DNA from: Candidatus Latescibacterota bacterium
Lineage (GTDB): Bacteria > Latescibacterota > UBA2968 > GCA-2709665
DNA length: 64,000 nucleotides
Direction: 5' to 3'
Assembly (NCBI GenBank): GCA_965116875.1
Contig: OZ220733.1
Location: forward strand, 1,664,001 to 1,728,000
A program made the position numbers and the translations under genes. Position 1 is the stretch's first letter. Every line of letters begins with the position of its first letter. Shown piece by piece: positions 1-10,298 of this stretch. The notes under the pieces are model-generated. The model saw nothing but the letters and a program-made list of their open reading frames with translations, ran no database searches and was not told where the DNA came from.

Positions 1-79
1 CATTGGCAGCGGCGCACCCATCCGATGATGCGTCACATGCACGGCGACAGCGTCCTGAATCAAGGCGCGAACGTACGTT

Positions 80-829
80 ATGCGGCGCCAACAGGCAGAC
101 GCTGAAGATCACGGGAGGGACTTAATGCCGTCTTCCGGAAACGGACTGACGCAGCGGATGGCCGAACTCTTCCAGGAGTTACTCGAACGGGAACTGCAAA
201 GCGTCAGACGGGCCGTCGAAGCACGCAGGATGGAACTGCTCGAAAACATCGGAACCAGGGAAACGGAATTGAACGATGACGACCAACTGGAAGCCCTGTT
301 CGAACAATACAAAGCCGGCCTGGCGGAATCCGATCGACCGGCAAATCGGGTGCAGGAACGCCGCCTGTATACCCATTGGGAAGGCCGGCTCAGGTCGGAA
401 CTGGGCGCCTGGAGAGTGGGGCTGGAAGAACTGGAAAAACGGAGCACCGACGACAATACGGTATTGACAAACGCGCGGAGCAAGGCCATGCGACTCCTGC
501 TGCGTGAGACCCTGGTGGCGGTCAATCGAGGATGTATCAATGGACAGAAATCGGATAAGCGGGAATATGACAACCTTGCGGACTGTCTCATACCGATTGT
601 TCAGGAAATGAAAAGGGGGAAAACCCATACCGAGGCGTTCCGTACCGTTGCGGAAAAACTGGGCGCCCGAAGAACGACCGTCGCTTCTGTATGTACACGA
701 GGACTGGGCCTGACGACGGGACAATTCGTCGATCACGTCACGAGCGGCCGGATCGTCCAGGTTGTGAAGAAGAAATACCCCGAACAAATGGAACTGATCT
801 GCCGGAAGTTGGCTTCGCTCTATTCTTAG
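80..829 (+). CDS. hypothetical protein, coiled-coil-rich with possible C-terminal HTH
   Basis: 249-aa ORF; likely real start is ATG 125 after GGGAGGGA; C-terminal EAFRTVAEKLGARRTTVASV looks HTH-like. Confidence 0.6.
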   Translation: MRRQQADAEDHGRDLMPSSGNGLTQRMAELFQELLERELQSVRRAVEARRMELLENIGTRETELNDDDQLEALFEQYKAGLAESDRPANRVQERRLYTHWEGRLRSELGAWRVGLEELEKRSTDDNTVLTNARSKAMRLLLRETLVAVNRGCINGQKSDKREYDNLADCLIPIVQEMKRGKTHTEAFRTVAEKLGARRTTVASVCTRGLGLTTGQFVDHVTSGRIVQVVKKKYPEQMELICRKLASLYS

Positions 830-882
830 CAGCCCGTTGAAAAAGTCCATCCGGGCTGCAGAGCGACATTATCAACGGACTG
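830..882. mobile_element. MITE-like element, copy 1
   Basis: Imperfect TIRs CAGCCCGTTGAAAAAG / ATTATCAACGGACTG with TTAG on both sides (826-829, 883-886); related copies at 16433-16660 and 38273-38330. Confidence 0.7.
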
Positions 883-959
883 TTAGAGCTCTGTCCCGAC
901 AATTCCTTATCATTCGACTGCCGACTCATCGCGTCTCGCTGAAACGTGCTCATTGCCTG

Positions 960-1172
960 TGCTGAGCTTGTCGAAGCAAGCATGCCTGCATTGAGCTTGT
1001 CGAAATGTCGAAATGCGCGCGTTTCAATATCCGTCGATGGCCACTCGATATCCCTTCGCCGACCCTTCGACAGCCCTTCGACAGGCTCAGGGTGGCAGCT
1101 CAGGGAGCGGCTCAGGTCTCACCCGCCGATTCCTGAGCCTGTCAAAGGCGCCGTCCTGAGCTTGTCGAAGGA
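960..1172. repeat. cluster of REP-like CTGAGC(T/C)TGTCGAAG repeats
   Basis: Several direct and inverted copies (ctgagcttgtcgaag, cttcgacaggctcag); same family at 44460-44542. Confidence 0.75.
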
Positions 1173-1284
1173 ACACGAGCCTGGCGACTCGGCGGTCGAA
1201 TCCAGGCAACTTATTTCCGTGACAGAACAACGCGTTCACCAATCCGTATGGTAATCGTATGACCCGCGGCCGCCGTGGCACACC

Positions 1285-2685
1285 CTAATTCTTCAGGGCT
1301 TCCATCCCGAAACGCTCCGCGGTATCCAGGGTTTCGCGTACGTCATCCCAGGTCGTACTGTGGTTGATGATACACAGCCTGAGCGAAAACGTCCCGTGTA
1401 GATTCGTCGAAGAAAAAAACGCCCGATCTTCCCAGAACACGCGCGCAAGCACGGTCCTGTTCATTTCCTCCAGCGCTTCCTCGGTGCGGCCCTCATTGCA
1501 TGGATTCACGCGAAAACAAACCACTCCAAGCGACACGGGCGTCAGAAGCTCCAGATTCGGACTCTCCTCGACATACGCTCCGGCGCGGCCGGCAAGCTCC
1601 ATCCCGTTCGATACGGCGCGCCGGAACGCCTCCATCCCGAACGTCTGCACCGACATCCAGATCTTCAGCGCGCGAATGGACCGGCTCAACTGCAGACCCC
1701 GGTCCGCGATGTTCGGATGGTTCGCGCCCCACACCGTATCCTGCAGGACATCCGGGTGCACGGCGAATACGCGCTCGAGGGCGCCGACGTCTTTCACCAG
1801 GAGGCATCCCGCCTCGTACGGCTGGAAGAACCACTTGTGGGCGTCCAGACCGACCGAGTCGGCGCGCGCGATTCCCTTCAGGAGACGCTTGCCCGCTTCG
1901 GTAACTGCCGCAAAACCGCCGTAGGCCGCATCCACGTGAAGCCAGATCCCTTCCGCTTCGCAGAAATCCGCCATCCCCTCAAGCGGGTCGATTGCCCCTG
2001 TGCTGCTGGTTCCCGCATTGGCGCAAACCGCTATCGGGTTGAAGCCCGCCGCACGGTCCTCGGCCACGGACCGCGCAAGCGCGTTCACGTCCAGCCGGAA
2101 CCGCTCGTCGCTGGGTATCATCCGAATGCATTCCGGCCGGACGCCTACGATCCTGGCCGCGCGGATGTGGGCGCTGTGGCTCTGGTCGCTCAGGTACACG
2201 GTCGGCCGATCCGGATGTCCGGCCGCTTCTCGCGCCGCGACAAACGCGTCCAGACTGGCGGCCGAACCTCCGCTGGTGAGCAGGCCGCCGGCGCTTTCCG
2301 GATAACCGATCCAGTTTCGCAGCCAGTCGATAACCACCAGTTCAAGCTGGCTCGGACCGCTGGCAACCAGCCAGGTGCAGACGTTATTGTTGAACCCCGC
2401 TGCCAGAAAGTCGGCAAGCACTCCCGGCCAGGTGGGTGATGACGGGATGAATCCGAAGCACCGTGGATGATCGAGCCGGGTCGCCACGGGAAGAATCTCC
2501 TTCGCGGCCTGCTCCATCACCTCCTCAGCGGGACGCCCCGCCTCGGGTGGCGGCGCCATCAGGCGGTCATCCAGTTCCTGGCGAAATTCACCGTCCCAGG
2601 CGCCCTCTTCGGGCAGGTTTTCGGCCCGCGCAACCAGGAGTTCGGCGGCTTTGCGCGCCAGTTCGAGCATGGCCTCGGGGGACAT
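1285..2685 (-). CDS. group II PLP-dependent decarboxylase (aromatic L-amino acid/glutamate decarboxylase family)
   Basis: HPRCFGFIP, NAGTSSTGAIDPL, WLHVDAAYGG, DAHKW (PLP lysine). Confidence 0.92.
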   Translation of the reverse strand: MSPEAMLELARKAAELLVARAENLPEEGAWDGEFRQELDDRLMAPPPEAGRPAEEVMEQAAKEILPVATRLDHPRCFGFIPSSPTWPGVLADFLAAGFNNNVCTWLVASGPSQLELVVIDWLRNWIGYPESAGGLLTSGGSAASLDAFVAAREAAGHPDRPTVYLSDQSHSAHIRAARIVGVRPECIRMIPSDERFRLDVNALARSVAEDRAAGFNPIAVCANAGTSSTGAIDPLEGMADFCEAEGIWLHVDAAYGGFAAVTEAGKRLLKGIARADSVGLDAHKWFFQPYEAGCLLVKDVGALERVFAVHPDVLQDTVWGANHPNIADRGLQLSRSIRALKIWMSVQTFGMEAFRRAVSNGMELAGRAGAYVEESPNLELLTPVSLGVVCFRVNPCNEGRTEEALEEMNRTVLARVFWEDRAFFSSTNLHGTFSLRLCIINHSTTWDDVRETLDTAERFGMEALKN

Positions 2686-2898
2686 CTGGAGACCGCCGCA
2701 CTCGCCGTTGTTCTTTCTGTTATCGGATTCTATGGTGTCGTCTCGCTGTTCATCGTTTGCTCTCAGGGATTTCGCCTTAGTGCTGTCTTTTTCCGAATTT
2801 ACGCTGAGAGTCAGGATTGGAAAAGTTCATTTATTTGCACGAAATGAGTTGACATTTTCCAGAGAAACGGCCATATATATAACCACGGAGACGCAGAA

Positions 2899-3087
2899 TT
2901 GCAAACAAGAACGGAACGAATCAGGCGCCTCCTCGAAAACGATGGGTGGTACCTGGCACGTCACGGCTCCGGTCATGACATTTTTCGGCACTCTGACATC
3001 AGAGGGATCATTACCCTGCCGAGACACAGAACCGTATCCCCGGGCGTTGCCAGATCGATCGCAAGAAAAGCGGGCTGGACGGAATAA
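2899..3087 (+). CDS. hicA: HicA family toxin (mRNA interferase)
   Basis: 62 aa, LENDGW..RHGSGHDIFRH..TLPRH; immediately upstream of hicB. Confidence 0.85.
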   Translation: MQTRTERIRRLLENDGWYLARHGSGHDIFRHSDIRGIITLPRHRTVSPGVARSIARKAGWTE

Positions 3088-3111
3088 TCAACATTTAGGG
3101 AGAACCGAAAT

Positions 3112-3498
3112 ATGGATCGATACCCTGCGTTAATTGATGGCGAAAAAGGCGCCTATGGGGTCACGTTTCCCGACCTTCCCGGAATCGTCGCTATGGGAAG
3201 CACCGTCGACGAGGCGCTGGTGAATGCCGAAGAAGCCCTTCGCGATTACGCAATCGAGGTCGAGAAGGACGGAGAGAAGATCTCGCTGCCAAGCGATTTC
3301 GAGCAGTTGGAGGTTCCGCGCGGGAATACGTTTGTGTCAGTCCCGTTAATCCGCGTAACAGGCCGCAACGTCCGCGCCCATATGACGCTGGACGAGGGCG
3401 TTGCGGCCTTTATTGACGGCGAGTCGCGAAGACGAGGCATGACCCGCAAAGCCTACGTTGAGTGGATCGTAAAGCGAATCGCGCAGGTTGGCGGATAG
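3112..3498 (+). CDS. hicB: HicB family antitoxin
   Basis: YPALI..YGVTFPDLPG...G.TVDEALVNAEEAL plus C-terminal RHH-like segment. Confidence 0.9.
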   Translation: MDRYPALIDGEKGAYGVTFPDLPGIVAMGSTVDEALVNAEEALRDYAIEVEKDGEKISLPSDFEQLEVPRGNTFVSVPLIRVTGRNVRAHMTLDEGVAAFIDGESRRRGMTRKAYVEWIVKRIAQVGG

Positions 3499-3529
3499 GT
3501 ACCTGAAACCTGCAGTCGGTTGCCGACCC

Positions 3530-5050
3530 TTATTCGAAAACGACCAGCTCGCCGTCCCTGACAATCAACACGACCGGGTCGTAAACCGCGTCACCATTGT
3601 CGTCGAAGGAAAACGAGCCCAGGACGGTATCCAGATCCCGAGTCCCGGCCATCGCGACTCGAATGGCGCCCGCATCGGTTGACCCGGCCCGGGCGATGGC
3701 CTCCGAGAGAATGTAGAGGGCGGCATATGACTGGGCAGCCCACGTGCTCGGTTCGGAACCGTATCTCGCAAGATAGCCCGCCACAAAGGCTTCATTTCCG
3801 GGCGTGCCGGCAGCGCTCGACCAACTGACAAAAGAAATCGCGCCCTCGGCGGCATCACCCGCGGCTTCGACTTCCGCCGCGGTCATTACCGGAACCAGGA
3901 AGGGTATATTTGCGCCGATACCGGCCTCGCGGGCCTGGATCAGTATCCTGGATTGTTCGGCGCCCAGGGCCGAGACGAAGACGGCTTGCGGATTCAACGC
4001 CTTGATACGCGTCAATTGTTCTCCAAACGTGGTATCGCCCGTGGCAATCGTCTCTCTTGCCAGGACTTCGACGTCGATCTCGGCCAGCGTGATCCTTATC
4101 GACTCGTCACTGCTGCTCGAAAAGACGTCGGTACCATCCACAATGGTTGCCACTCTCCGATATCTCAGCTTTTCCTGCGTCTCCCTGACGGGGCCCGGGA
4201 TCAGCGCATCGACGTTCAGACCGGACCGGAATATGTAATCGCCGATCGCGCTCAGGCCTGCGGCGGTCGAGGTTGAACTGAATGCGACGACCTCTTTTTG
4301 CTGGGCAATCGGGAACGCCTCCCGGGCCGCCGTAGAGATTGCCGGACCGAGTATGACGGACACGCCGTCCTGATCGATCAGTTTGTTGAATGCGTCTACG
4401 GCGCCTGCGGCTGTTCCGCGGGAATCCTCTACGATGAAGTTGATGCCGGCGCCGCCGAGTCTGGACGAGTTGTTGATCTCTTCCCGTGCGAGGTCAAAGC
4501 CGTCTCTTGCGGGAAATCCGTAACGGGTCTGAGGTCCTGTCAGCGGCAGAACGACGCCGATGGCAATCTCCGCGGGGAGACCGCCCGATGCCAACCTGAT
4601 CGTACCCGCCGTGCTCGCCATGCCGCCAATCACCAGTTCGACGGTCGTTTCATTACCACCATTGACGGGAATGCTCGACCACGTTCCAAGCTGACTTCCG
4701 CCGCGCTTCGCGCGCGCGCGGTAGTAACCCGTTACCCGGACCCCTTCGATCTCAATCCTTGCCCGGCCGCGCGCGTTGGTCGTACCCGTCCATTCGTATT
4801 CCACAGCCCGCCCCGAAACGGATCTTCCGATTTCGAGGGTAACGCCGCTGACCGGCGCTTGATCCTGCATCACGCGAGCGTTCAGGACCGCCAGAGTCTG
4901 GGCCCCGCTCAAAGCCAGTTTGCCAAGCGGCTTTGCTACCCGATCTTCCGCATTCGGAGCAAGCGCCGGCGTCCTGCTTTCGCCACCGCAGCCCCATAGA
5001 ACTCCGGCAGCCAGCGCGACAAATATGGCTCCGCGTATCCCGCCGAACAT
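3530..5050 (-). CDS. lipoprotein: Ig-like module + LivJ-type substrate-binding domain (subtype A)
   Basis: Start MFGGIR (5050), lipobox-like LWGC, IGVVLPLTGP, C-terminal GSFSFDDNGDAVYDP. Confidence 0.88.
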   Translation of the reverse strand: MFGGIRGAIFVALAAGVLWGCGGESRTPALAPNAEDRVAKPLGKLALSGAQTLAVLNARVMQDQAPVSGVTLEIGRSVSGRAVEYEWTGTTNARGRARIEIEGVRVTGYYRARAKRGGSQLGTWSSIPVNGGNETTVELVIGGMASTAGTIRLASGGLPAEIAIGVVLPLTGPQTRYGFPARDGFDLAREEINNSSRLGGAGINFIVEDSRGTAAGAVDAFNKLIDQDGVSVILGPAISTAAREAFPIAQQKEVVAFSSTSTAAGLSAIGDYIFRSGLNVDALIPGPVRETQEKLRYRRVATIVDGTDVFSSSSDESIRITLAEIDVEVLARETIATGDTTFGEQLTRIKALNPQAVFVSALGAEQSRILIQAREAGIGANIPFLVPVMTAAEVEAAGDAAEGAISFVSWSSAAGTPGNEAFVAGYLARYGSEPSTWAAQSYAALYILSEAIARAGSTDAGAIRVAMAGTRDLDTVLGSFSFDDNGDAVYDPVVLIVRDGELVVFE

Positions 5051-5110
5051 AATAACCCTCCAGCGATTGTGGAAAAACACGACAGACAACCCTGACAATT
5101 GATCACGGCA

Positions 5111-6718
5111 TCATGGTACGAATCGATAGACCACGGGCAATTGGGAGGGATCGGTGACGCTCGTGTCGGTGTGGTGGTAGATATTGATGCGTCCGGTGCC
5201 GCAGTCGCCGAATTCATCGCAGGCGACGGTGCCGACGAGCGCCTGAAAACCGGACGTCGCGTGGAGTTCCCGTCGCAGCGCGTTGCGGTCCACGATCAGC
5301 GCTCCGTCCCTTGCAATCGCCACGGATTCGATGGCGCTGAGGAGCAGGGTCACGGCGTCGTAGGAATGCGCCCAGTACGGCGTGCCGGGAAATCCACCAT
5401 ACGCAGCGTCATACGCGGCCAGCGCCTCGTCCACGCTCCTGCCCGTAACCATATTGACATTCGAGCCGAGATCCGCCACCGGTCCGGCGGCGTACACGCC
5501 CTCGGACTGCGGCGAGGCGAGAAACTCCGAATCGAGCAGGGCGGCGCCCGTAATGAGGGTTACCCCTTCGAGACCGTCGAATTCCCTTGCCTGCTTCGCG
5601 AACGGCAGACCCTCCTCGTCGAAAAGCGGGAAGAAGATGGCATCTGGTCCCGCTTCCGCGAATTCCGTGAGAACGGAGGTCATGTCCGTTTGTCCTTTGT
5701 CTATCCGCGCGCTGACAGGTACCTCCCCTCCAACTTCGGCGAACGCATCGCGGAACGCGCTGACGAGGGCGGTGGTATAGGCGTCGCCGTCGTCGACCGC
5801 AACCATGCGCCTCAGGCCCAGTTCATTGTACGCGAAATCCGCGACGGCCCGGGCCTGATAGAGGTCGTTGATCGCAAGCCGGAAGTAACCGGGGTGATAG
5901 TCCGGACTTGCGTTGCCCGCCAGGTCGGACGTCAATCTCGGAGACGTATTGGAAGGCGAGATCATGACCAGACCGGCCGCGCTGATGACCGGTGAGGCCG
6001 CTACTGCCGCGCCGGAGCAGGAGGTGCCCACGACGCCCAGCACCCGCGAATCGGCGACAATCCGCTCTGCGCCCGACCGACCGCCCTCCGGCCCGCACAG
6101 GCCGTCTATCGGATCGCCGAGTTCAACGTTGCGGCCGTGTACGGTCCCATAGTCCCGGACGGCCAGCTCAACGGCCTTGCGCGAAGGATCGCCAAGCGAT
6201 GCCGCGATCGTGTGGGTGAGCAGCGAGCGGATGTGTACGGCCTGACCCTCGCGGAACGCAACCAGGGCCCGCTCATACGTACCCGTAACGCGCGCCGTTT
6301 CCCCAACCGGCAAATCGACGTCGGTTTGGTATCCACCGTTTATCGGTATACTGGACCACGATCCCAGAGCGCTTCCATTCAGCATCGCCCGGACCCGGTA
6401 GTAACCCCCCGGCCCGCCGATCTCCACCTTCGCCACACCGTTCGCGCCGGTCGTTCCCGACGCCTCGTAGTCCGCCGAACGCCCGGAAATGGAACGTGCG
6501 ATTTCCACGTTGGCCCCGCTTACCGGATTCTCCCCCTGCATTACCCGGGCCACAACCAGGGCGGGCGTGGTGTCTCCATCGACAGCCAGTTTACCCAGTG
6601 GCCGGCCGGTTGGTACGTCCGCCTCGGGTACCTGCGACGGGGTCAGGCGTTCACCCCCGCAACCCCAGGTTACGGCCGCGACAAGCGCATACAAGAAACT
6701 GCGAGAACCGGTAAACAT
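5111..6718 (-). CDS. lipoprotein: Ig-like module + LivJ/LIVBP-type substrate-binding domain (subtype B)
   Basis: Start MFTGSR after GGAGG, TWGC, GTSCSGAA, ISPSNTSP, CDEFGDC. Confidence 0.88.
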   Translation of the reverse strand: MFTGSRSFLYALVAAVTWGCGGERLTPSQVPEADVPTGRPLGKLAVDGDTTPALVVARVMQGENPVSGANVEIARSISGRSADYEASGTTGANGVAKVEIGGPGGYYRVRAMLNGSALGSWSSIPINGGYQTDVDLPVGETARVTGTYERALVAFREGQAVHIRSLLTHTIAASLGDPSRKAVELAVRDYGTVHGRNVELGDPIDGLCGPEGGRSGAERIVADSRVLGVVGTSCSGAAVAASPVISAAGLVMISPSNTSPRLTSDLAGNASPDYHPGYFRLAINDLYQARAVADFAYNELGLRRMVAVDDGDAYTTALVSAFRDAFAEVGGEVPVSARIDKGQTDMTSVLTEFAEAGPDAIFFPLFDEEGLPFAKQAREFDGLEGVTLITGAALLDSEFLASPQSEGVYAAGPVADLGSNVNMVTGRSVDEALAAYDAAYGGFPGTPYWAHSYDAVTLLLSAIESVAIARDGALIVDRNALRRELHATSGFQALVGTVACDEFGDCGTGRINIYHHTDTSVTDPSQLPVVYRFVP

Positions 6719-6852
6719 GACAGGCACCTCCAATTTAAGATTCAACCGCAAAATGAACCCGTTGAATCAGTCAGATGGCTCGGGGACCGGCGTGGGAAGC
6801 CGGAAAGGAATCGTCTACGCGAAAACGGACACCGTACGTCGTTGACGCAAGA

Positions 6853-8364
6853 TCATTCGAAGATCTCGAATTTGCCACCACGCGCAATCAGCACAACAGG
6901 ATCGTAAACCGCATCCCCGTCGGCGTTGAAAGAGAACTGGCCCAGGATTGTATCCAGATCCCGGATTCCCGCCATCGCGTCTCGAATCGCACTCGCATCG
7001 GCTGAACCGGCAGTCGCGATCGCTTCCGAGAGAATATGGAGAGCGGCATAGGACTGTGCCGACCGGCGGCTGGCGTCAATATCGTATTTGGCTTCGAAAT
7101 CTTCAACAAAAGCCTGGTTTCCCGGCGTGGCAGCCAGTCCGGTCCAACCTGTAAACGTAATTGCGCCTTCAGCGGCTGCGCCCGCGGCTCGCACTTCGTT
7201 CAAGGTCATCTCCAGAGTAATAAAGGGAACACCGGGGGGAACGCCCAGGCGACGGCCCTGGATCAGAATCTCAGACAGTTCTGCTGAAAGGGCCGAGACG
7301 AAGACGGCGTCCGGATTCAACGCTTTAATCCGGGTCAACTGGTCGACAAAGGTCGTATCGCCGGTCTCAAACGTCTCCCTGGCCAGGATCTCGACTCCGC
7401 TTTCGGCGAGCGCACCGCTCAGGGTCTCGTCGCTGCTCCGGGTGAAGACGTCGATCCGATCGTATATCGTCGCCACTCTCTGATAGCCGAGCTTCTCATG
7501 CGTCTGCCGGATGCCGGCGGGTACGAGGACATCCACGCTGAGCGCAACACGGAAGATGAAATCGCCAATCGCGCTCAGGCCGGATGCGCTTGAGGTCGAA
7601 CTGAATGCCACGACCCGATTCCGTTGCGCGATGGGGAAAACCTCTTTGGCCTCGGTTGAGAGTGTGGGGCCGAGAATGGCGGGAACACCGTCCTGATGAA
7701 TGAGCTTGTTGAACGCTTCAACGGCGCCCTCTGGCGATCTTCGAGAATCCTCGATAATGAACGCGATGCTCGCTTCGCCGAGTTTGGATGAGCCGTTGAT
7801 CTCGTCGCGAGCGAGTTCAAAGCCGCTCTTGATCTCCAGCCCGCGCGGGGTGTTCAGGGGCAGGACGATGCCAATCGCAATTTCACCACGGAGACACTCT
7901 GATGCCGGAAGGGACGAACCCGTCACGCGCGCGGTCCCGCCAACGGGCAGGTCAACCGTGACTTCATACCCTCCATTTATCGGAATACTCGACCATGTCC
8001 CCAGCGGACCACCGTCTCGCATGGCCCGGGCCCGGTAGTATCCGCTCACCCGGTCTCCCCGGATCTCTACCCGCGCCTGACCGTCCACGCCGGTTGTGCC
8101 CGACCATTCGTAACCGGCAGCCCGTCCTGAAACTGCACGGGCGAAATCGACCGTGACGCCGCTTACGGGCGTCTGACCGTTCCGCACGCGGGCCAGCACC
8201 ACGGATCGCGTCAGGTCTCCTTTGGCCGCCAGCTTGCCGAGAGATTGCACCTCCTCGCCATCTGTCCCGGGTACTTGCGACGTCGTCACGCGTTCGCCAT
8301 CGCATCCCCAGGCTACGGTTCCGACAAGCACGAACAAGAAGAGACGGTGAATGCAGGTTGACAT
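6853..8364 (-). CDS. lipoprotein: Ig-like module + LivJ-type SBP (subtype A)
   Basis: AWGC, paralog of 3530-5050, ends FNADGDAVYDPVVLIARGGKFEIFE. Confidence 0.88.
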   Translation of the reverse strand: MSTCIHRLFLFVLVGTVAWGCDGERVTTSQVPGTDGEEVQSLGKLAAKGDLTRSVVLARVRNGQTPVSGVTVDFARAVSGRAAGYEWSGTTGVDGQARVEIRGDRVSGYYRARAMRDGGPLGTWSSIPINGGYEVTVDLPVGGTARVTGSSLPASECLRGEIAIGIVLPLNTPRGLEIKSGFELARDEINGSSKLGEASIAFIIEDSRRSPEGAVEAFNKLIHQDGVPAILGPTLSTEAKEVFPIAQRNRVVAFSSTSSASGLSAIGDFIFRVALSVDVLVPAGIRQTHEKLGYQRVATIYDRIDVFTRSSDETLSGALAESGVEILARETFETGDTTFVDQLTRIKALNPDAVFVSALSAELSEILIQGRRLGVPPGVPFITLEMTLNEVRAAGAAAEGAITFTGWTGLAATPGNQAFVEDFEAKYDIDASRRSAQSYAALHILSEAIATAGSADASAIRDAMAGIRDLDTILGQFSFNADGDAVYDPVVLIARGGKFEIFE

Positions 8365-8497
8365 GGCACCCCCTCCGGCTTGAATTCAACCTGTGAAACG
8401 AACAGGAGTGGCTGGCTGATCGCTTCGTATACGGGCTTTCGAATCCAGCCGGAACGATCTCTCAGCGCAGAGGTATTGGAACAAAGGACACGTACGA

Positions 8498-10021
8498 TCA
8501 TTCGAAGATTTCGAATTTGCCATCACGCGCAATCAGCACAACGGGATCGTAGACGGCATCCCCGTCGGCGTTGAAAGAGAACCTTCCCAGAATCGTATCC
8601 AGATCTCTGATGCCCGCCATTCCGTCGCGAATCATCCCCGGATCCGTCGAACCGGCCTCCGCGATTGCCGCGGCGAGAATATTGAGCGCCGCATAGGATT
8701 GCGCGGCCCAGTGGTTCGGATCGGACCCGAATCTCGCTATATAGTTCTCGACGAAACCCTGATTGCCGGGCGTCGTTGCCGACAGGACCCAACCTGTAAA
8801 TGTAATCGCACCTTCCGCGGCTTCACCGGCGGCCTGCACTTCATCTATGGTCAGTTCCGTGACAATGAACGGCACGTTGGCGGGTGTGCCCAAACGCCGT
8901 CCCTCGACCAGGATCCGGACCTTGTCCGCCGGCGATATCGCGGAAACAAATAGTGCGTCCGGGTTCAGCGCCCCAATGCGGGTCAATGGTTCGACAAAGG
9001 TGGTATCGCCCGTTTCAAACGTCTCTCTTGCCAGAATCTCGACGTCCGCGGCGGTCAACGCGCTCCTGAGCGCCTCGTCGCTTGCCCGCGCAAAGAAATC
9101 GCTCTCATCCACGATCGTCGCCACCCTGCGATAGCCCAGTTTATCCTTCGTCTTTTCAACGCCTCCGGGCACGAGTACGCCCAGGCTGAGTCCGGCACGG
9201 AAGATGTGGTCGCCGATCGCGCTCAGCCCGGGGGCTACCGAAGTTGAACTGAAGGCGACAACCTCATTCTCCTGCGCGACCGGGAAAGCCGCGACGGCCG
9301 CGGTCGAAAGCGTCGGACCGAGAATTACCGGTACTCCGTCCCGGTGAATCAGCCCCTCGAACGCTTCAACCGCGCCTTCGGCACTGGCGCGGGAATTCCC
9401 GACAACGAACGAGATGGACGCTCCGCCCAGCCGGGATGACACGTTGATCTCCTCGCGGGCGAGTTCGAATCCATTCATGATCGGCTGGCTGAAGGGGCGC
9501 TGCGGCTCTTCCCAGGGAAGTACCAGGCCGATCGAAATCCGCTCGGGCAGACCTCCCGGCGTCAACTTCAATGAGGCGGTCACACGGGACGTTTCGCCGA
9601 CCGGTAATTCAACCGTGGATTCGAATCCCGCGTTGACGGGAATGCTGGTCCAGGAACCCAGTGCGGTCCCATCCTGCATAGCCCGCGCACTATAATAACC
9701 GCTCACCCCGTTTCCCGCAATCTTGACGCGGGCGCGCCCTCGTGCGTCCGTCTCACCGGACCACGCATAGTCCGCCGCCCGTCCGGAGACGGATCGGGCG
9801 AACTCAACGGTGACGCCGCTCAGGGGCGCCTGGCCCTGACGGACGCGAACGATGACAAAGGTCTGTGTCATGTTTCCGTCTAAAGCGAGCTTGCCCATCG
9901 CGGGCGCAACCGCGTCCTCTGCTTCCTGAAGCTGCGACGTCGTGACGCTTTCGCTTCCGCAACTCCAGCTCACGGAAGTGATGAGCGTAAATACCAGCGA
10001 ACTCCGGAACTTGCTGAACAA
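8498..10021 (-). CDS. lipoprotein: Ig-like module + LivJ-type SBP (subtype A)
   Basis: Probable TTG start at 10021 after AGGAGG; SWSC; paralog of 6853-8364. Confidence 0.86.
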   Translation of the reverse strand: MFSKFRSSLVFTLITSVSWSCGSESVTTSQLQEAEDAVAPAMGKLALDGNMTQTFVIVRVRQGQAPLSGVTVEFARSVSGRAADYAWSGETDARGRARVKIAGNGVSGYYSARAMQDGTALGSWTSIPVNAGFESTVELPVGETSRVTASLKLTPGGLPERISIGLVLPWEEPQRPFSQPIMNGFELAREEINVSSRLGGASISFVVGNSRASAEGAVEAFEGLIHRDGVPVILGPTLSTAAVAAFPVAQENEVVAFSSTSVAPGLSAIGDHIFRAGLSLGVLVPGGVEKTKDKLGYRRVATIVDESDFFARASDEALRSALTAADVEILARETFETGDTTFVEPLTRIGALNPDALFVSAISPADKVRILVEGRRLGTPANVPFIVTELTIDEVQAAGEAAEGAITFTGWVLSATTPGNQGFVENYIARFGSDPNHWAAQSYAALNILAAAIAEAGSTDPGMIRDGMAGIRDLDTILGRFSFNADGDAVYDPVVLIARDGKFEIFE

Positions 10022-10088
10022 ACCGGACCTCCTCAGAATAAACGAACTCAGGCGGAACGAGCAGACACGCGCCTTCCGCCAAACCGCA

Positions 10089-10120
10089 AAATGACAGGCA
10101 GCCTGCACTGCCTGTCATTT
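10089..10120 (-). terminator. hairpin, probable intrinsic terminator/attenuator
   Basis: Perfect 13-bp stem AAATGACAGGCAG / CTGCCTGTCATTT with a 6-nt loop, between two array genes. Confidence 0.55.
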
Positions 10121-10201
10121 ATGTGGTACAAACCGGCCGGCGCGGATACTCATGACCGGTGAAAAGTGAACTCACCCGGGAAACCGGGCCATGCTTCCAC
10201 A

Positions 10202-10267
10202 GAGAATCAAACCGGTCGATTCGTAAACCGCGTTCCAATTCGCATCGAATGAGATCGATCCCCGAAT
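10202..10267 (-). pseudogene. decayed 3' end of a seventh subtype-A SBP gene
   Basis: Minus strand translates IRGSISFDANWNAVYESTGLIL versus paralog ILGRFSFNADGDAVYDPVVLI. Confidence 0.6.
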
Positions 10268-10298
10268 TCAATCCTCATCCCGACTGACGGTCGGCGCT

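Noticed and set aside
960-1172. CRISPR array
   Set aside because: Repeats are irregularly spaced, in both orientations and degenerate; no cas genes. The same applies to 42281-42459 and 59028-59416.
946-1254. Small ORFs with ALSLSK/PSTGSG or GQDALAP peptides (also 39955-40308, 44400-44654)
   Set aside because: They are translations of REP repeats.
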